This document shows, one piece after another, positions 45,987-51,655 of a DNA stretch of 51,655 bases (within the stretch, counting starts at the first letter, position 1; each line of letters opens with the position of its first letter). The stretch comes from a virus (taxonomy: Duplodnaviria; Caudoviricetes). Position numbers and translations under genes: made by a program. The DNA is taken from the IMG/VR virus record IMGVR_UViG_3300030104_001604, positions 1 to 51,655 of that record; one strand, 5' to 3'. The notes beneath the pieces were generated by a model. It worked only from the letters and a program-made list of their open reading frames with translations. It was not told where the DNA came from and ran no database searches.

Positions 45987-48499
45987 TGGCTAAAAAAAGA
46001 AAAAACCGTAATAATAAATCAGTTAAAAAGTCTTTAGCACGTAAACGTGCTGCTGTTGGTGGCATAAGTGTTGGGGGTATTGGCAACTATCAAAATATTA
46101 CAAGTACTCCTGAACAACTAGCTAAACAACAAGAAAGACTAGCAGAGTTACAAAAACAAATAGCTGCTGAAACAGAGGGACAAAAGCGTTTTTACCAAGG
46201 TGGGGGTGATCCTGGTGACAACCCTAACCGACCTCCTCCTTCTAATGGACAAACAGCTACTCCTCAACAACAAGCAAACCGTAGAGATGAATTACAAACG
46301 TATCGTGCTGATGTATCTAACTTAGGAACTTTAGAAGGACAAGATAGATTCTATGCTCAAAATGTTTCTAGACTAACAGAAATGTCTAAAGGTACGTTTG
46401 GGCCAAAAGCACAAATGACGGCAGCACAATTAAATATTCCAGAAGGTACAGAAACTACAGATATTCAAAAACTTGAAGGGGACTATGAAGCTAGTTTAGC
46501 AAGGGATGCTATAGGAAATCCTATTAATCCTAATGTTGGAAAATACTTTCAAGGCACAGTTACTGGAACTCCTCAAGGTTTAAGAGATCCAGCAAGTTTA
46601 AATGTTTCACGTATGCCCGGTGCTGTTGGCACTGATCCTACAACTATTCCAACAGCAGACTTTGCTACACAAGCTGCACCTACTAGACTTGCTGATCCTG
46701 AAGAAATTCGTACAACACAAGATACAGTAGCTGCCGAAAGAGATGCAGCACAAGAAGAAGCTGCAAGAGCAGAAGCTAAAGCTTTAAGAAGTGATGCACA
46801 AGTACAAGATGTTACGTTTAGAAGTACTGCTGCTGTATCGCCTACTGTTGAAGCTGAAGCAGCTACACGAGCTGAAATAACAGGCACTAAAGCAGATGAT
46901 AGAGCTGCAGCACAAATTGTAGATACGTTTGGTTTTGGTTCTACAAGAAAACAAATAATAGATTCTTTAAAGGCTTCAACAACTAATCCAGCAGCTACTA
47001 GTTTAGCACAAAATTCTAATCTATCTCAACAAGCTGCTTCAACAATAGTAACTAATCCAGGAGCTTTAGATGTAACACAACCAGCTTTGGTAGCAGCAGT
47101 AGCTGAATTACCTGAAGAAGCGTTAGTGTCTGCACAAATGGACAAGCTCTTAGAAGACTTAGAAGACAATGAAGTTCCTACGTGGGCTAGACCAGCAGTA
47201 GATGCTGTTAATTCTATGATGGTTCAAAGAGGCTTACAAGCTTCTACAGTAGGTAGAGATGCTTTGTTTAACTCGATTATTCAAAGTGCGTTTCCTATTG
47301 CACAGGCAAATGCACAGGCTTTACAAACACGAGCAACACAAAATCTTTCTAATCAACAACAAGCCTTAATACAAGAGAATCAGATTGCTGCTGACTTTTT
47401 ATCCAAGAACGCTGCATTTCAACAACAGATGGAACTAGCTAATCTTAACAATGATCAGCAAATGCGTTTAGCTAATTTGTCTGCTAGAAATCAAACAGCT
47501 TCAGAACAAATGACTGCTGATCAACAAACAGAACTAGCTAACTTAAACGCAAGACTACAGACTAACTTACTACAAGGTAAGATAGCGCAACAGTTAGGTG
47601 TGGCTCAGTTAAGTGTAGATCAACAACGAGCTATACAGAATGCTAGTATGACAGCTAATATGGATCTGACTCAATTTAATGCTGAACAACAAGTTGAATT
47701 AACAAACAGTAAATTTATGCAGTCTATGACAATGGCAGACTTTAATGCTGAACAACAAACAGTTATGCAAGAAGCTACAGCACTAGCAAGTCTTGATATG
47801 GCTGCTGTAGATCAACGAACTAAAATAGCTGCACAACAAGCCCAATCTTTTTTACAGCTAGATATGGCTAATATTAGTAATGAACAACAGGCACAAATAC
47901 TTAAATCACAACAACAACAACAACAAAGATTAAGTAATCAATCATTTGAAAATGCTAGACAACAATTCAATGCTACGTCAGAAAATCAATTGAATCAGTT
48001 TTTTACAGGACTTCAAAGTCAAATGAGTATGCAAAATGCACAGCAACATAATGCTATGCGTCAGTTTAACAGCAACCAAGGATTAAAAGCTGATCAAATT
48101 AACAGAGCTAATCTTCTTCAAATGGAACAATTTAATGCTCAAATAGAATTTCAATCTGATCAATGGAATGCAGCTAACGCCCAAGCTGTTGAACAATCAA
48201 ATGTAGAGTGGCGTAGAAAAGCCAATACAATTGATACAGCAGCCGAAAACCAAACTAATCAAATTAATACTCAAAATGCATTTAATCTACAGAGTTCTGC
48301 TTTATCACAAGTATGGCAACAGTTAAGAGACTCTGCAACTTTTGCAGTTCAAATGTCTACTAATGATAGAGACAGAGCATCACGAATGATTGAAAATGCT
48401 TTAGCAAATACATCGTTAATGAATGATGATCACGATCCTAGTGATGTTGCTAGTAGTTTATATAGTTTAATTAATAAAATTAATGGCACAAAATTATAG
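45986..48499 (+). CDS. Q/A/N-rich internal virion protein
   Basis: P.WA..A...V...M..RGL; long Q/N coiled repeats; N-terminal GG motifs. Confidence 0.6.
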   Translation: MAKKRKNRNNKSVKKSLARKRAAVGGISVGGIGNYQNITSTPEQLAKQQERLAELQKQIAAETEGQKRFYQGGGDPGDNPNRPPPSNGQTATPQQQANRRDELQTYRADVSNLGTLEGQDRFYAQNVSRLTEMSKGTFGPKAQMTAAQLNIPEGTETTDIQKLEGDYEASLARDAIGNPINPNVGKYFQGTVTGTPQGLRDPASLNVSRMPGAVGTDPTTIPTADFATQAAPTRLADPEEIRTTQDTVAAERDAAQEEAARAEAKALRSDAQVQDVTFRSTAAVSPTVEAEAATRAEITGTKADDRAAAQIVDTFGFGSTRKQIIDSLKASTTNPAATSLAQNSNLSQQAASTIVTNPGALDVTQPALVAAVAELPEEALVSAQMDKLLEDLEDNEVPTWARPAVDAVNSMMVQRGLQASTVGRDALFNSIIQSAFPIAQANAQALQTRATQNLSNQQQALIQENQIAADFLSKNAAFQQQMELANLNNDQQMRLANLSARNQTASEQMTADQQTELANLNARLQTNLLQGKIAQQLGVAQLSVDQQRAIQNASMTANMDLTQFNAEQQVELTNSKFMQSMTMADFNAEQQTVMQEATALASLDMAAVDQRTKIAAQQAQSFLQLDMANISNEQQAQILKSQQQQQQRLSNQSFENARQQFNATSENQLNQFFTGLQSQMSMQNAQQHNAMRQFNSNQGLKADQINRANLLQMEQFNAQIEFQSDQWNAANAQAVEQSNVEWRRKANTIDTAAENQTNQINTQNAFNLQSSALSQVWQQLRDSATFAVQMSTNDRDRASRMIENALANTSLMNDDHDPSDVASSLYSLINKINGTKL

Positions 48500-48508
48500 G
48501 AGTACATA

Positions 48509-49843
48509 ATGGGAATTCTTAGTAAAATTTTTAAGCCTATAAAAAAGGTATTTAAAAAAATAGGTAAAGGAATTAAAAGTGCCTTTAAAAAGTTTGGTAA
48601 GTTTATGAATAAGCTAGGCCCATTAGGTACTATAGCTATGGGTATGCTTTTACCCGGAATAGGAACTATGCTTGGAGGAGCTTGGTCAGGCATGGCTGGT
48701 ACATTAGTTGGATCAAGTAATGCTTTTTTATCAGGTGTAGGAAATTTCATGACTAAAGCAGCTTCTTTTGGTTCAGCAGTATCTGGAACAGTTTCTAATG
48801 TTACTGGAGCAGTAACAGATGTATTAAAAGAAACTTTTAGAAGTGTAGGTAAAAATTTAGGACTAGGAAATATAGGCCCAAAAGGAATGAAAAATTTTTT
48901 TAATGCAACCGATGGGTCTTTAATGGGAAACAAAGGATTATTTAAAAACGTCCATGATAGTTTTGGAAAACGCTGGAAAGACATGTCTTCTAGATGGAGT
49001 AATTTTGCAGATCATATGAGAACCTCTACTGCTCAGTATCAAGGTCAATTAGCTAGTGGAACATATAAACCATATGAAGGATATGATCAGTCTAAAAGTA
49101 TGCTTGCAGATAAACAATTAAAAGAAACTAAAGCCATATGGACACCTGAACTACGTGCTAAATTGGATACACAAAGAGAAGGGTTTTTATCGGGTGTGGA
49201 TATTGAATCTGCTGAAGGTAAAGCACTTTCAGATACTTGGCAAGCGTATGAAGATAGAATGATTGGATTAAGTCCTACAGAGCAAAAATTTGCAAGTGCA
49301 AGAGAAAGTTTTTTATCAGGTTTAGATCCAAATTCAGATATAGGTCGAGCTGCTGCTAAACAATTTGATGCACTTCAAGTTTCTAAACCAGGTTTTTTTG
49401 ATTTACCAAAAGCTGAAGTTACTACAAATATTAATACAGGTGTAAATGTTTCTCCTGATGGTGTAGCAGGTGCTAGTGCAACAAAAACTGTTACTCCTAA
49501 AGCTACAGCATTTGAAAAGTTTAAATCTTCAGCATTAAATTTAGATGCTAGTAAGCTTGGAGAACGCTTTCAAAGTTCAGCAATATCTACTGGTGTAAGT
49601 TATTTAACTGCTGAAGAGATGGCAGAACAAGGTGGTTATTATCAGCCTAGCTTGTACTATTCTCAACCAATAGAGCCAGCTAATAATATTACAACTTTTT
49701 TAGAGTCTACTGCACCTATACCTTTAAATACAGAAGTATATGATTGGGGAACTGCTGTTGCAGGAGGAGGCATATATGGTACTCAAAATAGAGGCTTTAA
49801 AGATTTTGCTCCTGGCCCAACTGCAGCCGTACCTAAATTTTAA
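48509..49843 (+). CDS. Internal virion (ejection-like) protein
   Basis: Basic amphipathic N-terminal repeats followed by a Gly-rich hydrophobic segment. Confidence 0.55.
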   Translation: MGILSKIFKPIKKVFKKIGKGIKSAFKKFGKFMNKLGPLGTIAMGMLLPGIGTMLGGAWSGMAGTLVGSSNAFLSGVGNFMTKAASFGSAVSGTVSNVTGAVTDVLKETFRSVGKNLGLGNIGPKGMKNFFNATDGSLMGNKGLFKNVHDSFGKRWKDMSSRWSNFADHMRTSTAQYQGQLASGTYKPYEGYDQSKSMLADKQLKETKAIWTPELRAKLDTQREGFLSGVDIESAEGKALSDTWQAYEDRMIGLSPTEQKFASARESFLSGLDPNSDIGRAAAKQFDALQVSKPGFFDLPKAEVTTNINTGVNVSPDGVAGASATKTVTPKATAFEKFKSSALNLDASKLGERFQSSAISTGVSYLTAEEMAEQGGYYQPSLYYSQPIEPANNITTFLESTAPIPLNTEVYDWGTAVAGGGIYGTQNRGFKDFAPGPTAAVPKF

Positions 49844-49860
49844 AATTATAGGAATATTAT

Positions 49861-50424
49861 ATGTCTCAAGAAGATTTACAATTATACGAACAAAACAGGT
49901 TTTCTTTTGAAAGACCTATGCCTGGACAATCATTAACAAATGATCCTAACCAGCCTTGGCCTTGGGAAAAAGCACCTGAGTTTACTAATCTTGATGATGC
50001 TATAGAATACTTTTTTGCGTTAATTGTAGATGAAGACAATCATCCTGAACTGTTAAAACTTTTAATGCGAGGATTTCCTGTAATGGATTTAACTGAAGTG
50101 TTGCTTTATAACGCTTTTGTTGAAGGAAAAATTAATCCAGACCTATTGTTGTTGTTAGCAGAGCCAATTGCTTATATGTTGATATATATAACAGACATGG
50201 CAATGATTGATCCAGTTATTTTAAGACCAGATGAAGACGATACACTTACTAATGAAGAAAGGTATGGAAAAAAAGATGAGTTTGATTTACAACAAACTTT
50301 AAAAGATTCTGGAATTAAATCTTTTGATAAAGATCCTACTGAAGTATTACCAGCTAATATTATTAATAAATTAGATCAAAAAGTTCCTAGTTTATTAGAA
50401 GCACCACAACAGGAGAATGCGTAA
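49861..50424 (+). CDS. Conserved-looking acidic virion-module protein
   Basis: RP.PGQSLT, PWE.AP, NPDL..L..EP. Confidence 0.6.
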   Translation: MSQEDLQLYEQNRFSFERPMPGQSLTNDPNQPWPWEKAPEFTNLDDAIEYFFALIVDEDNHPELLKLLMRGFPVMDLTEVLLYNAFVEGKINPDLLLLLAEPIAYMLIYITDMAMIDPVILRPDEDDTLTNEERYGKKDEFDLQQTLKDSGIKSFDKDPTEVLPANIINKLDQKVPSLLEAPQQENA

Positions 50425-51655
50425 TGGCAGAAGATGGACTCACTAGTTTATTAGGAATGGCGCAAAGTGGAGCTAGACGTAGACGTAAACAAGAACGTAG
50501 AGATGCTCGTAAAGATATACTACTTGCTTATGGCTTACAAGCAGTTGCAGATCCTTTAGTAAAAGGTGTTACAGGTTTAATAAATGCACCGTATAGAGAA
50601 TCTATTAATAGGTTTATAAATGATCCTAAAAGTGCAACTACACGTTCTTTAGTTAAATCATTTGCTGATGTGCCACAAAATTATGCAGCTTTACGAGATC
50701 AAGCAAAAAGTCAAAACATGACAATAGAAGAACTAATAAAGACTAATGCTCGAACATCGCTTAATGATGTATTGGTTCAACAAAATCCTGATTTAGCAGA
50801 TGAAAAAATGCGTAATAGGTTTATTGCTGCTCATCCTAGTTTTATACAAGGTTTTGATGAATTAACTAAAAAAGCAGCTAAAGATGCTTCTAGCCAAGAT
50901 GCAATAGCTCGTGGTATGAACTTTGACGATCCTGAAAAAGCTGCTACTGAAATTGGAGTTACGTGGGATACATACTCACATAAACCTAAAAATTTTATAG
51001 AGTCATTAACTAAACCAATAGGACGTTTTATTACAGGCAAAAGTAAAGAAGAAAGTAGAGCAGAAGCTTTAAATACTGGTTTGTTAGCTCATGGACTTTC
51101 TAGCAGTAATCGTTCTTTATGGGTTAAAGCAGACGCAGGAGATAAAGCTGCAGAAGCAGAAATTAGAGAAATATTTGATCAATTAAACGAAGATTCTAAA
51201 GGTGTAGAAGACCATGAAATATTAGAATACATAAATGATTGGGCAATAAATAATCCAAAGGTTTCTAAAGAATGGGAATATTCAAGAGCAAATGCAAAAG
51301 CTCAACTATCTCATGCTGCTGGATTAAATGCGTTTAATGTTAGAATGCTAGAGAGAGATGAAACTAAATCTAAGGAATGGAATAACAATTGGTTTCGACT
51401 TATAGATAATGCAGCTAGTGAACTTACAAACGGAGATAAAACAAAACTTAATCCTTCTTTAATAAATAAATATTTTAAAGATCAATATACAATGTTTGAG
51501 CTTACTCCTGAAAAAATTAAAAATTTTTCAAGTTTATTAAAAGCGTCACCTGTTTTTCAAGCAGCACAAAGTAAAATTAAATTAAGTGCTAAACAACAAT
51601 TTTTTCCAAATAAAGGAGTAGACGAACTTGAAACTAATGACCAAAAATACCTTAA
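50424..51655 (+). CDS. N-terminal part of the 937-aa internal virion lysozyme protein (continues into 3..1682), not in ORF track
   Basis: SD aggag, TAATG overlap, no stop to the window end (MAEDGLTSLLGMAQSG...). Confidence 0.85.
   Translation, partial: MAEDGLTSLLGMAQSGARRRRKQERRDARKDILLAYGLQAVADPLVKGVTGLINAPYRESINRFINDPKSATTRSLVKSFADVPQNYAALRDQAKSQNMTIEELIKTNARTSLNDVLVQQNPDLADEKMRNRFIAAHPSFIQGFDELTKKAAKDASSQDAIARGMNFDDPEKAATEIGVTWDTYSHKPKNFIESLTKPIGRFITGKSKEESRAEALNTGLLAHGLSSSNRSLWVKADAGDKAAEAEIREIFDQLNEDSKGVEDHEILEYINDWAINNPKVSKEWEYSRANAKAQLSHAAGLNAFNVRMLERDETKSKEWNNNWFRLIDNAASELTNGDKTKLNPSLINKYFKDQYTMFELTPEKIKNFSSLLKASPVFQAAQSKIKLSAKQQFFPNKGVDELETNDQKYL
51556..51655. repeat. Terminal direct repeat, right copy
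   Basis: Matches 1-100 at 99 of 100 positions. Confidence 0.95.

Noticed and set aside
47900-47930. CAA microsatellite as a phase-variation tract
   Set aside because: In-frame poly-Gln within a Q-rich protein

Overview
Apparently a complete, circularly permuted ~51.55-kb genome of a podovirus-like dsDNA phage. Bases 1-100 recur at 51556-51655 with one mismatch, and a 937-aa ORF reads in frame across that junction. There are two arms. The minus-strand arm (~27290 to 10650) carries early genes (C5-cytosine methyltransferase, Gp88-like protein, DUF932, metallopeptidase) and a T7-like replication module: class II RNR, SSB, primase-helicase, Pol A, endonuclease VII, PD-(D/E)XK exonuclease, endonuclease I and DUF3310. 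The plus-strand arm (27417 through the junction to 10657) carries terminase, portal, scaffold, major capsid, short-tail proteins, fibres, internal virion proteins, and a lysis/accessory cluster with an IscU gene. I found no RNA polymerase, integrase, tRNA or CRISPR array. Gene content resembles marine HMO-2011-/cobavirus-related podophages of Proteobacteria (inference, no search run). The best leads are: (1) a recurring R-x5-GG peptide motif in several late proteins, together with a lambda-gpH-C-terminus-like domain in the gene between portal and scaffold, a candidate virion processing/cargo-sorting system; (2) four covarying RNA hairpins with a shared internal loop at the scaffold start; (3) a highly structured control region at 26300-27420 with twin consensus divergent promoters and a probably leaderless terS; (4) an overprinted gene in the portal tail; (5) IscU plus candidate Fe-S clients. 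Family names come from motif recognition only.
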